Shown one piece after another: positions 26,734-37,343 of a stretch of DNA of 64,000 nt; position 1 is the stretch's first letter, and each line of letters opens with the position of its first letter. This DNA is from Clostridium sp. CAG:245. GTDB lineage: Bacteria > Bacillota > Clostridia > TANB77 > CAG-508. The notes beneath the pieces are model-generated. The model was not told the origin of the DNA, did not search any database, and saw nothing but the letters and a program-made list of their open reading frames with translations. The DNA is taken from contig FR880082.1 of NCBI GenBank assembly GCA_000435175.1, positions 31,476 through 95,475 of the forward strand, given 5' to 3'. A program made the position numbers and the translations under genes.

Positions 26734-27664
26734 TCTCTTTAACCTCCTTAATCACTTGCTCTAAACTTTGGACATTATTTATATTCATTATTTTTACATT
26801 TTCAAACTTCATTCTTTTTACAAAACCGCTTAAAGTTTTTCCTGGGCCAATTTCTATGAATGTGTCTATTCCACTTTCATACATGGTTTTTAGGCATTTC
26901 GTAAACCTTACTGGATTCATTATATGTTTTGCCAAAATTTCAGATATATTGTCTTTTTCTTCATAATACTTTCCATCTAAATTCTTTATTACTATAGAAT
27001 TTTTCGAGTTTATACTTATCTTATCTAATTCCTTCTTCAATTCTATTGAACATTTACTTAATTTTTCTGTATGAAATGGTCCTGAAGTGTTAAGCAGACT
27101 TACCTTCTTAGCTCCTGCTTTTTTTGCCTCTTCTCCAGCATTTAACACAGCCTGTTCTTCACCAGAAACCACAACTTGTCCAAGTGTATTGTAATTTGCT
27201 GGCTTTACAAAACCAGATGAAATATTTTTGCAGATTTCTTCTACATTTTCATCATCTAAGCCAAGTATTGCAGCCATTTTCCAATTTCCTTTCGGAGTAA
27301 AATTTTGCATTATTTCCCCTCTTTTAGAAACTATATTTATTCCATCTTCTATATTAAAAACACCATCTTCTATTAAAGCTGTATATTCTCCAAGGCTTAG
27401 TCCTGCCATTGCATCTGGTATAATTCCATTTTTCTTTAATATTTGCGATATTCCTAAGCATTCTATTAAAATAGCAAGTTGTGTATTTTGAGTCTTGTTG
27501 AGTTCAACATCTGGTCCATCAAAACAAATTTTAGCAATATCTATTCCAGTTATTTTTTCTGAGTATTCATATAATTTTTTTATTTCTGTAAAATTTTCAT
27601 ACAAGTCTTTGCCCATTCCAACAGATTGTGAGCCTTGCCCAGAAAATAAAAATCCAATTTTCAT
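26726..27664 (-). CDS. fabD: malonyl-CoA:ACP transacylase
   Basis: FSGQGSQ and GLSLGEY active-site motifs. Confidence 0.9.
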   Translation of the reverse strand: MKIGFLFSGQGSQSVGMGKDLYENFTEIKKLYEYSEKITGIDIAKICFDGPDVELNKTQNTQLAILIECLGISQILKKNGIIPDAMAGLSLGEYTALIEDGVFNIEDGINIVSKRGEIMQNFTPKGNWKMAAILGLDDENVEEICKNISSGFVKPANYNTLGQVVVSGEEQAVLNAGEEAKKAGAKKVSLLNTSGPFHTEKLSKCSIELKKELDKISINSKNSIVIKNLDGKYYEEKDNISEILAKHIMNPVRFTKCLKTMYESGIDTFIEIGPGKTLSGFVKRMKFENVKIMNINNVQSLEQVIKEVKENG

Positions 27665-27756
27665 AGTGTATCTTATTCCTTTCTTACAATTAAGCCAAAA
27701 AATTTACATTTTCAGCCATTATTCATCCACTAGCACTGCATATGTTGATGTTCTAT

Positions 27757-28344
27757 TTAATCTTTGTTCTTTGAAATCCTTGTCTCTAGCACTTTTTCAA
27801 ATCTATTACAAAATTCTGATATTATTTTTTCTCTATCAATGTCAATTCCAGTTTCCTTTTTTATTGATGTTGCAATCTGCTTTATATCTTCTGAAAAGTG
27901 TATTTTGCAAGTATTTATTCCAATTCCAATAACTAAAAATTTAGTTATTCCATTCTCCACTTTAGATTGTGTTAATATTCCTCCAACTTTTTTGTTGTTA
28001 AGCATTAGGTCATTTGGACTCTTTATTGTAAGTTTCACTTTATATAAGTCTTCAAATATTTTCTGTATTATTGTAGCCATGTCTATTGTTATTCCTTCTA
28101 ATCTCTCTGGTTTGTCATTTATCTTTACATAGAAAGAAAAGGCAATATTTTCAGTTTCGTCTGTGTGCCATACTCTGCCATGAGTTCCCTGCCCATTGGT
28201 CTGAATGTTACTCATCACAAGCATTCCATCTGCTATCTTATCAGAATCAACAAGTCTCCAAATTTCACTTTGCGTTGAATCTATTTTCTCATAATACTTA
28301 AAATTTTGGCCTAATTTATTAGTTTTCAGATTTATTAATTTCAT
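27757..28344 (-). CDS. birA: biotin-protein ligase, short form (no N-terminal HTH)
   Basis: QTNGQGTHGRVWHT (GRGRxGRxW-type motif), and KVGGIL. Only 195 aa. Confidence 0.75.
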   Translation of the reverse strand: MKLINLKTNKLGQNFKYYEKIDSTQSEIWRLVDSDKIADGMLVMSNIQTNGQGTHGRVWHTDETENIAFSFYVKINDKPERLEGITIDMATIIQKIFEDLYKVKLTIKSPNDLMLNNKKVGGILTQSKVENGITKFLVIGIGINTCKIHFSEDIKQIATSIKKETGIDIDREKIISEFCNRFEKVLETRISKNKD

Positions 28345-30049
28345 CCAAATTTGCCTGCCTCTTTATCTTATTCGTTGTTGTTTTTATTAATGGTTCTTCC
28401 GTCAAAATTATACCTCTAATTGCTTTATACTTTGGCATTTGCGTGTTAATTGTCTTTATCTTGCCTGCTAATGTTTTTCGTATTTCTTCATCAGTAGTTG
28501 CTCCATAAACATCTTTTAAAATCTCTCTGTCAAATACTATTTTTACATTTATCTTGATATCATTTTTATCACTACTTTGTTGCTTTCCAAATATAAAAGA
28601 TTCTTTTACACCTTCTATCTTGTTTACCAAACATTCCATTTCTTCTGGGAATATATTCTTACCATTTTTTAGTACTATTACGCTCTTCTTTCTGCCACAG
28701 ATAAATATGTAGCCTTCGTCATCTATTTTAGCTAAATCTCCGGTATGGAACCAATCTCCCTCAAAGGCCTCCTTAGTAGCTTGTTCATCATTATAATAGC
28801 ATAATGCAACATTTGGACCTTTTACCAATAATTCTCCCATTCCATCTTTATCTGTATTTGCAAGTTTAACCTCTACACCTGGAATAGCCTTACCGATCGA
28901 GCCTGTTTTATATTCTTTATTAGTTCCAACAGCAACTACTGGTGATGTTTCAGTTAGACCATATCCTTGCACAATATTTATTCCAAGTAACCTATATCTT
29001 GCTTCTATTTCTGAATCTAAAGCTGCTGCTCCACTTATAAACAATTTAATGTTTCCGCCTATTAAATTATGAATTTCCTTAAAAGCCTGTTTTCTTTCTT
29101 CCATTGATGAATTTTTATATTCTTCTTCTTTTCTTAATATTTCTTCTAATTTTCCTTGCTTTTCTAAGTTCTTTCTAATCATCATAAAAATTCTCTCATA
29201 AATTCCTGGGACACAAGCCATAACGGTAACTTTATATTCATTTAAATTTTCTACAACATGCCTTATTCCATCACAAAAAACTGTTTGAGCACCTTTATAA
29301 AGCGAAAATAAAAAACCTACGGTGCACTCAAAAACATGATGAATTGGCAATATTGAAAGTATAGTATCTGTTGAATTTACATCTAAAACGCTCCCAATTG
29401 CCATCAAATTAGAGCTTATATTTTTATGTGATAACGCAACCACCTTTGAATTTGATGTTGTTCCTGAAGTAAATAACATTATACTCATCTCGTCAGCATT
29501 TATCTTTGCATCTATAAACTCTTTGTTACCTTGTTTTACCAGCTCTTTACCTTGTTTTATCAATTCTTGCATTGAATAAATTCCGTCTGTATTTTCTAAA
29601 TTATCCATTGATATAAGATGTTTTAATTTATTCTCTGGACTTCTTTTTATTTTTTCTAGTATTTCTTCATATTTACTAGAGTAGAAAATAGCTTCAATCT
29701 CAGAGCGTTCTATCAAATTTTCAAGTTCGTTTTCTGGAAGTGCCTTATCTAATGGTACAACTGTTCCTGTTCCACAAACTACCGAAAGATACGCAATCTC
29801 CCACTCATACCTATTTTCTCCTATTACTGCTATTCTTTTATCTTTAAGCCCTATATCTATTAATGCTGTTCCTAGAGCATCTATCATATTTCTAACTTCT
29901 TTATGTGTTATAACCTTATAATTTGGTTGTGTATTCTCATCTTTTTGCTTTATTTTATATGCTGGTTTATCTCCATATAATTCTTTTGTTTTGTTCAGCA
30001 TATCTTTTAAATCTGTAATTTCTATTGTTTCATATAATTTTTCTGACAT
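28319..30049 (-). CDS. long-chain acyl-CoA synthetase (AMP-forming, FadD-like)
   Basis: LFTSGTTSNSKVV AMP-binding motif, GYGLTETS and TGDLAKIDDEGY. The ATG at 30049 follows AAAGGAGGAATAT, and the track extension to 30190 has no RBS. Confidence 0.85.
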   Translation of the reverse strand: MSEKLYETIEITDLKDMLNKTKELYGDKPAYKIKQKDENTQPNYKVITHKEVRNMIDALGTALIDIGLKDKRIAVIGENRYEWEIAYLSVVCGTGTVVPLDKALPENELENLIERSEIEAIFYSSKYEEILEKIKRSPENKLKHLISMDNLENTDGIYSMQELIKQGKELVKQGNKEFIDAKINADEMSIMLFTSGTTSNSKVVALSHKNISSNLMAIGSVLDVNSTDTILSILPIHHVFECTVGFLFSLYKGAQTVFCDGIRHVVENLNEYKVTVMACVPGIYERIFMMIRKNLEKQGKLEEILRKEEEYKNSSMEERKQAFKEIHNLIGGNIKLFISGAAALDSEIEARYRLLGINIVQGYGLTETSPVVAVGTNKEYKTGSIGKAIPGVEVKLANTDKDGMGELLVKGPNVALCYYNDEQATKEAFEGDWFHTGDLAKIDDEGYIFICGRKKSVIVLKNGKNIFPEEMECLVNKIEGVKESFIFGKQQSSDKNDIKINVKIVFDREILKDVYGATTDEEIRKTLAGKIKTINTQMPKYKAIRGIILTEEPLIKTTTNKIKRQANLDEINKSEN

Positions 30050-30154
30050 ATATTCCTCCTTTGAATTTGCAATATTTTTATACCACAAATTGTAGGAAAT
30101 GTCCTTAGACTGAAAGGTCAGTTCAAATTTATTATTTGGACAATTTTTGCATAA

Positions 30155-30217
30155 AAAAAGAGATTCTGAATATAAAATTTCACTTTTCATAAAAATTTTT
30201 TTCAGAAATCTCTTTTT
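30155..30217 (-). terminator. valS terminator (long hairpin)
   Basis: AAAAAGAGATTCTGAA ... TTCAGAAATCTCTTTTT inverted repeat 87 nt past the valS stop. Confidence 0.5.
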
Positions 30218-30303
30218 ATTTTCTAGAATTGTTTTTGTAGACTATCTATTTTTTTATACAATTATTTAATTAAATTTTTAAAAATTTAATTGATAATATA
30301 TTG

Positions 30304-32997
30304 TTATATTTGCTCTAATCTCTTTATTGTGTCTTCTAGCATTTCTTTGTATTTTTGCATTTTTTCTTTTTCTTCTTGAACCTTAGCCTCTGGAGCCTTG
30401 TTTATAAATCCAGGATTTGAAAGCATTTTTGTACTTCTTGCAACCTCTGCTTCAAGTCTTGTTTTTTCAGCCTCTAGCTTTGCCTTTTCCTCAGCTAAAT
30501 CAACTAATTCTTCTGACGGAATGAATGCTTTTATTCCGTCTGCAAGCAATGTTACAACATGTTTTGGTATGTTTGTTTCATCTTTTTCTATCTCAATCTT
30601 AGAAGCAAATCCAAGTTTTTCAATCCATGATTTAGAATTTTCTATTAATGTCTTGTATTCATCATCATCTATTACAAAAATTAATTCAGATTTCTTAGAT
30701 GGATGAACATTCATGTTTGTTCTTGTATTTCTAATTTGAATTATTATTTTTTTGATTTCTTCTAGATGATATTCTTCTTTCTCAAACTCATATTCTTCGC
30801 AATATGTTGGCCAAGCAGAAATCATTATGCTTTCATCGTTTGTATATAGCTCATCATATATTTTTTCTGTTATGAATGGCATGATTGGGTGTAATAATTT
30901 TAATATATCTCCCAATACCTTGTTTAGAACTTTTTGAGCTGTTATTCTTGATTCTACTGCTTTTTCGTCTGTATTTTCTTGGTTGTATAGACGAGATTTT
31001 ACGATTTCAATATACCAATCGCAGAATTCATTCCATGTGAAATCATATATTTTCTGAGCATATACTCCCATGTCGAAATTATCTAGATTTGCTGTAGCTT
31101 CTTTTATTAAAGTATTTAATTTAGATAAAATCCACTTATCTTCATATTCAAGTTTTGAAACATCTATGCTCATTATTGATGATGATACATTTTTTCCTCC
31201 GTCCCCAGATTGTATTCCATTTATATTCATTAGAACGAATTTTGATGCGTTCCATAGTTTGTTTGCAAAGTTTGAAGCTGATTCTAGTTTTTCTGGCATG
31301 TATCTTATGTCATTTCCTGGTGTTATTCCCATTATTAATGATAGACGTAAGGCGTCTGTTCCATATTTGTCTATTATTTCTAATGGATCTATTCCGTTTC
31401 CAAGACTCTTAGACATTTTTCTGCCTTGAGCATCTCTTACAATTCCATGTATTAATACGTCTTTAAATGGAACTTCTCCTGTGTGTTCTATTCCTGAGAA
31501 CATCATTCTTATTACCCAGAATAATATTATGTCATATCCTGTTACTAGTGTTGAAGTTGGATAGAAGTATTTGAAGTCTTCTGTTTGTTCTGGCCAGCCA
31601 AGTGTTGAGAATGGCCATAATGCAGAGCTGAACCAAGTATCTAATGTATCTTCATCCTGATGTAGATGTGTGCTTCCACATTTATCGCATTTTGCTGGCA
31701 TTTCTTTTCCAACCATTATTTCACCACAGTCATCACAGTAATATGCAGGTATTCTATGTCCCCACCATAATTGTCTTGATATGCACCAATCTTTGATGTT
31801 TTCTAGCCAGTTGAAATATGTTTTTTCAAATCTTTCTGGTATGAATCTTGTTTTTCCTGTTTTTACGGCTTCAATTGCTGGTTTTGCAAGTGGCTCCATT
31901 TTTACAAACCATTGTTTTGAAATCATTGGCTCTATTGTTTGATGGCATCTATAGCATTTTCCTACATCATGTGTGTAGTCTTCTATTTTTATTAATGCAC
32001 CAATTTCTTTCAATTTTTCTACAATACGTTTTCTTGCTTCATATATATCTAATCCTGCAAATTCAGGAACTATATCATTCATTATTCCATTTTCATCAAA
32101 TACTTTTATCATTTCTAGATTATTATCTAGTCCTGCTTGATAATCGTTTACGTCATGTGCAGGAGTAAGCTTTACTGCACCTGTTCCGAACTCTGTCTCA
32201 ACGAAATCTGCTGCAATTATTGGAATTTCTCTTCCTACTATTGGAAGCATAACTGTCTTTCCAATGTAAGCCTTATATCTTTCATCATTTGGATTTACTG
32301 CAACACCAGTGTCTCCAAGCATTGTTTCTGGTCTTGTTGTGGCAACTATTAAATATTTTCCTTCTTCTCCTTTTATTGGATATTTAATATGCCACAAATG
32401 AGTTGGTTCTTGCTCGTATTCAACTTCTGAATCTGAAATTGATGTATGACAAGTTGGGCACCAATTTATCATTCTTTCGCCTCTGTATATTAAACCTTTA
32501 TTATATAAATTGATAAATACAGTTTGAACAGCGTTAGAAAGTCCTTCGTCTAGAGTAAATCTTTCTCTTGACCAGTCGCAAGAACTTCCAAGCTTTCTGA
32601 TTTGCTTTGTAATTATTCCTCCGTACTCCTTTTTCCAATCCCAAGCTCTTTTTAAGAATTCTTCTCTACCTAAGTCTTCCTTAGTAATTCCTTCTTCTTT
32701 TAATTTAGCAACAATCTTAGCCTCTGTTGCAATAGAAGCATGGTCTGTTCCTGGAACCCAAAGAGCATTATATCCAGCCATTCTCTTATATCTAATTAAT
32801 ATATCTTGCAAAGTCTCATCTAAAGCATGTCCCATGTGTAATCTACCAGTAATGTTTGGTGGTGGAATTACTATTGTATATGGCTTTTTAGACTTATCAT
32901 TGCTAGGTTTAAAATAGCCTTTCTTCTCCCAATTTTCATAAATTTCATCTTCAAAATCTTTTGGATTAAATTTTCCTTCCAATTCGTGTTTACTCAT
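30304..32997 (-). CDS. valS: valyl-tRNA synthetase
   Basis: PPPNITGRLHMGH (HIGH), KMSKS (RKMSKSLGN) and a C-terminal coiled coil. 897 aa. Confidence 0.97.
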   Translation of the reverse strand: MSKHELEGKFNPKDFEDEIYENWEKKGYFKPSNDKSKKPYTIVIPPPNITGRLHMGHALDETLQDILIRYKRMAGYNALWVPGTDHASIATEAKIVAKLKEEGITKEDLGREEFLKRAWDWKKEYGGIITKQIRKLGSSCDWSRERFTLDEGLSNAVQTVFINLYNKGLIYRGERMINWCPTCHTSISDSEVEYEQEPTHLWHIKYPIKGEEGKYLIVATTRPETMLGDTGVAVNPNDERYKAYIGKTVMLPIVGREIPIIAADFVETEFGTGAVKLTPAHDVNDYQAGLDNNLEMIKVFDENGIMNDIVPEFAGLDIYEARKRIVEKLKEIGALIKIEDYTHDVGKCYRCHQTIEPMISKQWFVKMEPLAKPAIEAVKTGKTRFIPERFEKTYFNWLENIKDWCISRQLWWGHRIPAYYCDDCGEIMVGKEMPAKCDKCGSTHLHQDEDTLDTWFSSALWPFSTLGWPEQTEDFKYFYPTSTLVTGYDIILFWVIRMMFSGIEHTGEVPFKDVLIHGIVRDAQGRKMSKSLGNGIDPLEIIDKYGTDALRLSLIMGITPGNDIRYMPEKLESASNFANKLWNASKFVLMNINGIQSGDGGKNVSSSIMSIDVSKLEYEDKWILSKLNTLIKEATANLDNFDMGVYAQKIYDFTWNEFCDWYIEIVKSRLYNQENTDEKAVESRITAQKVLNKVLGDILKLLHPIMPFITEKIYDELYTNDESIMISAWPTYCEEYEFEKEEYHLEEIKKIIIQIRNTRTNMNVHPSKKSELIFVIDDDEYKTLIENSKSWIEKLGFASKIEIEKDETNIPKHVVTLLADGIKAFIPSEELVDLAEEKAKLEAEKTRLEAEVARSTKMLSNPGFINKAPEAKVQEEKEKMQKYKEMLEDTIKRLEQI

Positions 32998-33054
32998 AAA
33001 ACATCATCCCTTCTTTAAATATTTCGTTTTTTAGTTACAGTAGCATTTTTCATA

Positions 33055-33310
33055 TAAAACAAAAAATTGCCACTTAACCTAAATTTAGTTAAGGGCAAGA
33101 ATATTTCTCGCGGTACCACCTTATTTGTATACTTTCTATAAAATATACATCTCATTTGTTTTGTAACGTAAACTACACGGATATATTTACTATTATTTCT
33201 ATATATCAGCTCCCAAGCTACATTCAGTTTAACTTTCTATAAGAAGATCTCAGCATTTTTCTTCTTTTCTCTGGATAGATGTTCCAAACTTACTCCTCTT
33301 GTTCTTTGCT
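33055..33310 (-). promoter_or_regulatory. T-box leader (valine specifier) with terminator/antiterminator
   Basis: The minus strand contains GGTGGTACCGCG (33120-33109), an AGAGA box, a candidate GUU specifier (33233-33231, followed by A), and the terminator TTGCCCTTAAC...GTTAAGTGGCAATTTTTT (33099-33061). Confidence 0.8.
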
Positions 33311-33536
33311 TTTAATTATTATGTTACTATAATAACATATTTTATACAGAAAAATCAATAGAATTAAATAAATTCCATTGATTTTATTAGTTTCCTTATA
33401 TATTATTCCTTTATAAATTTTTTTATTTTCTTTTCATCTTTTCCTTCGTAATTTCGATTTTTTCTTCCATGATATTCCTCCTTAAAAATGTGAAACATTT
33501 CTAGCTTTTTTTGCTAATTTTGTTTCACATTTTATT

Positions 33537-33737
33537 TTACATTTTTATTTTCGTAATATATATCATTAGTAAGCTTATTATTAGAGCAATAAAACCAACT
33601 ATTTTCAATACTTTCGTTGTTTCGTTTGTCTCATTTGAGCTAAATGTTTTTGTTGCTATCTTTCTAGCATCATATATCATTATTACAGAAATTCCAAGAA
33701 CAATTAATTCAATAATTATAAATATAATTTTGGCCAT
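33537..33737 (-). CDS. small two-TM membrane protein
   Basis: 66 aa with two hydrophobic helices. AAGGGA RBS. AATGTGAAACA/TGTTTCACATT terminator immediately downstream. Confidence 0.45.
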   Translation of the reverse strand: MAKIIFIIIELIVLGISVIMIYDARKIATKTFSSNETNETTKVLKIVGFIALIISLLMIYITKIKM

Positions 33738-33785
33738 TTTGATAAAATCCCTTTCTTATAGTTCTTCTCAGCTATTTTTCAACTA

Positions 33786-34664
33786 CTAGTTAAAGAATTC
33801 AACAGTATATTTACATTCAAACTCTTTTCTTGGTGCTAATGTTAACATGTCTGTCTTTTGCGTAAATACACCAGTCGATTTTATTGCATCTGCTGTTGTA
33901 TACCATGGTTCTAAGCAGATAAATGGTGCTCCTGGTTTTGACCATACAGCTAAATATGGAAATCCTTCAAAGTCCATTGTTAACAAAGTCTTGTTTCCAG
34001 TCTTCTTTTTTAGACTAACTCTATGAGAAGTCAAACCTTTCATTATTATAGCATCATTCTTGAAAGAATCTTGATTTATTGGTATTCTTCTTAAATCTTG
34101 CATTATATTTCTGGCATATTCTGTTCCAATCAAACCATCAACAAGATATAAGAAATGTATTTTATTCTCATCTTCTTCGAATTCCAAATAGTATTCATCA
34201 CTGTATAAATCTCGTTGATCTATTTTGAAAGCCGGATGTCCGCCTATTCCAAATGTCATATTGTTATCGCCTTCATTTACAACTTTATACATTGTTGTAA
34301 GTTTGTTTTCATCGGTTCTATATGTTACATATAAAGAAAAATCGAATGGATATTTTACAAAAGTGCTGGGATTACTTTTTAAAACATATGAGTGAAAATT
34401 ATCCAATTTTGTAACAGGTTCAAACTCCATGTCTCTAGCAAATCCATGTTGTCCCATTTCATATGTCCTGCCATTTATAATTGTCTTGTTTTGTTTTAAC
34501 TTTCCCACAATTGGAAATAGTACTGGAAAATGACGTTTCCAGTAGACTCTCCCATTCTCATCTATGCAATCTTGTCCTTGGTGTATTTTTTCTATGCCAT
34601 CTAGCTTGTAACTTATTAATTCTGCTCCAAGCCTAGATGTAAGCATTTGACTATGCATATACAT
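33786..34664 (-). CDS. aldose 1-epimerase family protein (LacX/galactose mutarotase-like)
   Basis: FPIVGKL...GQHGFARD...GGHPAF pattern of the mutarotase superfamily. Adjacent to galE. Confidence 0.7.
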   Translation of the reverse strand: MYMHSQMLTSRLGAELISYKLDGIEKIHQGQDCIDENGRVYWKRHFPVLFPIVGKLKQNKTIINGRTYEMGQHGFARDMEFEPVTKLDNFHSYVLKSNPSTFVKYPFDFSLYVTYRTDENKLTTMYKVVNEGDNNMTFGIGGHPAFKIDQRDLYSDEYYLEFEEDENKIHFLYLVDGLIGTEYARNIMQDLRRIPINQDSFKNDAIIMKGLTSHRVSLKKKTGNKTLLTMDFEGFPYLAVWSKPGAPFICLEPWYTTADAIKSTGVFTQKTDMLTLAPRKEFECKYTVEFFN

Positions 34665-34757
34665 TACTCCTTTAATACTTGATTTATTTGTGCGTTTTAG
34701 AACCCGTACTTTTTTCTTAAGTAGATTATTACCTCTTTAATATATTTTTCTTACATA

Positions 34758-35762
34758 TTACTTATTCTTCTGTATGAAGTTCCAAGAATCTTCACACATT
34801 TCTTTTATTCCTTTTTTTGCTTCCCAACCAAGTTCTTCTTTTGCCTTTTTAGTGTCTGAATAACATGTTGCAATATCCCCTGGTCTTCTTTGTGTTATTT
34901 TATATGGAACTTTATTTCCAGTAATTTCTTCGAAAGATTTCACCATATCTAAAACACTGTATCCAGTTCCTGTTCCAAGATTATAAATATATAAGCCTTT
35001 TCCTTCTTTATCTAGTTTATTTAGTGCTGCTAAATGTCCTTTTGCTAAATCTACAACATGAATATAGTCTCTAACACCTGTTCCATCTGGAGTATCGTAA
35101 TCATTTCCAAATATAGATAATTCTTTTAATTCTCCTGATGCAACTCTTACAACATATGGCATTAAATTGTTTGGTATTCCCTGTGGTTCTTCTCCAATTA
35201 ATCCGCTTTCATGAGCTCCTACTGGATTGAAATATCTTAATATACAAATATCCCATGAATTATCAGATGCATATAAATCTTTAAGTATTTGCTCTATGAA
35301 TAATTTTGATGTTCCATATGGATTTGTTGTTCCACCAGTTTTACAATCTTCTGTTAGCGGAATTCTTTCTGGCTCTCCATATACTGTTGCAGATGAGCTG
35401 AATACGAATTTCTTTACTCCATATTTTTGCATTGTTTCTAATAATACAAGACATCCAGAAATATTGTTATCATAATATTCTAATGGCTTTCTAACAGACT
35501 CTCCAACAGATTTATAACCTGCAAAGTTTAGAACTGCCTCAATATCATTTTCTTCGAATACCTTTTTTAACTTTTCTCTATCCAAATAATTTATTTCATA
35601 AAATTTAAAATCTTTTCCAGTAATTTTCTTAATAGCTTCTAAAGCCTTTGGCTTACTGTTAGAAAAATTATCTACTATAACAATATCCTTTCCTGAATTT
35701 AATAACTCAACTGCTGTGTGGCTTCCAATAAAGCCAGCACCTCCTGTAACTAATATAGCCAT
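34758..35762 (-). CDS. galE: UDP-glucose 4-epimerase
   Basis: ILVTGGAGFIGSH, YGTSK (YxxxK) and RYFNPVGAH. Confidence 0.92.
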   Translation of the reverse strand: MAILVTGGAGFIGSHTAVELLNSGKDIVIVDNFSNSKPKALEAIKKITGKDFKFYEINYLDREKLKKVFEENDIEAVLNFAGYKSVGESVRKPLEYYDNNISGCLVLLETMQKYGVKKFVFSSSATVYGEPERIPLTEDCKTGGTTNPYGTSKLFIEQILKDLYASDNSWDICILRYFNPVGAHESGLIGEEPQGIPNNLMPYVVRVASGELKELSIFGNDYDTPDGTGVRDYIHVVDLAKGHLAALNKLDKEGKGLYIYNLGTGTGYSVLDMVKSFEEITGNKVPYKITQRRPGDIATCYSDTKKAKEELGWEAKKGIKEMCEDSWNFIQKNK

Positions 35763-35789
35763 AAATATCATCTTCCCTTCTTTAATAAT

Positions 35790-37337
35790 TTATATTTCTT
35801 GATATTTTCCATAAATGATTCCAATGTTTAATTGTCCAAAGTCGTCTGTTGAAGCACTTCCACCATTATTGCTTGTACAAGATGCACAGTTAGTGTTTGT
35901 ATCTTCATTTGGTATAATTTCTTTTCCAGAACCACTTATAGCTCCATTATTTTCACAAAGTTCTACTATACTATTATTATACAAAATTCCACAAATTCCT
36001 CCTAGATTAACCAAAGTATCTGTTTCGGAATTTACATTTCCATAATTTTTTGAATTTGATAATCTAGCTGCTTCACCATTTTTTCCGACTAATCCACCTA
36101 AATTTACAGTTTTACATATAACTCCTACAACTTTAGATACTTGTCCATCATTTCGGCATTGTGTAATTGTTCCTTTACTTTCTCCTGCTATTCCTCCAAT
36201 ATTAGTACTTCCAATTACATTTCCAGTATTTTTAGAATTTTCTATTGTAGCTGTTTCTAATATTGCAACAATTCCGCCTGCAAATTCTTCATCATTTGAA
36301 TTTTCTTTTAAGTTACTTATTTCTGCAGTATTCTGACAAGCAACTATGTATCCAGTTGATTTTCCTACTATTCCACCAACAATTTTTCCATCAATCTTTC
36401 CATTATTGGTGCAACTCGTAATGTTTCCATTTTGATTATCTGCAACAATACCAGCTGTATAATATTTTGATCCTGTTTGTTCTTCAATCTTACCTTCATT
36501 TGTACAGTTTGTAATTTCACCACTATTTTCTGTATTATTTTCAACATAATTTAAAGCAACTATTCCAGCTTTTAATTGATTTGATATAATTGCAATGCTA
36601 TTTGCTGTATCAATTATTTTTCCGCTATTTTCTGCGCAAATTCCAGCAACTTCTATATTTGAACTCTCTGCGTTAATATTTGCTGTTATTGTTCCCTCCG
36701 TTTTGCAAGTCTGAATTATCCCAGAATTTTTTGCTGATATAGTTCCAATTAATACTTTTGTATTTTCAATGTTTTCGTCCACAGAAATTGTTACTGTCAC
36801 TTTTAAATTTATTATTCTACCTTTATTATTACCAAATACTCCAACTAATACATTATTTTCTGCACCTTGAGCTATATTTACAGAATAATTTCTTATTGTT
36901 TTATCATTTCCATTAAATATCCCCTCAAAGGCATGTTCTGAGTCTCCAATCGGCAAAAAACCGTTTGCAGTAGTCAGCTCTGTTTTTATATCTTCAACTT
37001 TGCCATCTTTATTTACGTCATCATACTTAGCTTTTGGATTTTTATATGACTCATCACTTTGAAAATCTAGCTTATTTGTAAGTTCAAAATACTGGTTGCT
37101 ATATGTAATTCCGCTATTTACATTTTCTGATAATTTTAATAAGTCCTCTATGTTCTCTATTTTATATGGATCATCACTCGTTCCACTACCATTAAAATCA
37201 CTGGCCTTTCCAGTCGCAATTCTATTTGTTTTTGGTACATGTTTCTTAACAATCGAAACAGTTACTATTATTGCAATTATTACCATCAATGCTATGAAAA
37301 TTTGATATACACTTATAGTAATTTGTTTTTTCTTCAT
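35790..37337 (-). CDS. membrane-anchored GLUG-motif repeat protein
   Basis: N-terminal TM anchor. Repeated GGI(V/A)G / GGLVG beta-helix-type units (GLUG motif). Confidence 0.65.
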   Translation of the reverse strand: MKKKQITISVYQIFIALMVIIAIIVTVSIVKKHVPKTNRIATGKASDFNGSGTSDDPYKIENIEDLLKLSENVNSGITYSNQYFELTNKLDFQSDESYKNPKAKYDDVNKDGKVEDIKTELTTANGFLPIGDSEHAFEGIFNGNDKTIRNYSVNIAQGAENNVLVGVFGNNKGRIINLKVTVTISVDENIENTKVLIGTISAKNSGIIQTCKTEGTITANINAESSNIEVAGICAENSGKIIDTANSIAIISNQLKAGIVALNYVENNTENSGEITNCTNEGKIEEQTGSKYYTAGIVADNQNGNITSCTNNGKIDGKIVGGIVGKSTGYIVACQNTAEISNLKENSNDEEFAGGIVAILETATIENSKNTGNVIGSTNIGGIAGESKGTITQCRNDGQVSKVVGVICKTVNLGGLVGKNGEAARLSNSKNYGNVNSETDTLVNLGGICGILYNNSIVELCENNGAISGSGKEIIPNEDTNTNCASCTSNNGGSASTDDFGQLNIGIIYGKYQEI

Positions 37338-37343
37338 CTTTTG

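Noticed and set aside
30050-30190. 47-codon N-terminal extension of the acyl-CoA synthetase ORF
   Set aside because: The extension runs through the predicted valS terminator hairpin and has no RBS. The ATG at 30049 has a strong AAAGGAGG.
33423-33470. 15-codon micro-ORF MEEKIEITKEKMKRK with a strong GGAGG RBS, between two terminator hairpins upstream of the valS T-box
   Set aside because: It is too short to support from sequence alone, and no promoter is visible between the preceding terminator and the RBS. It would be worth a look only if ribosome profiling or conservation supports it.
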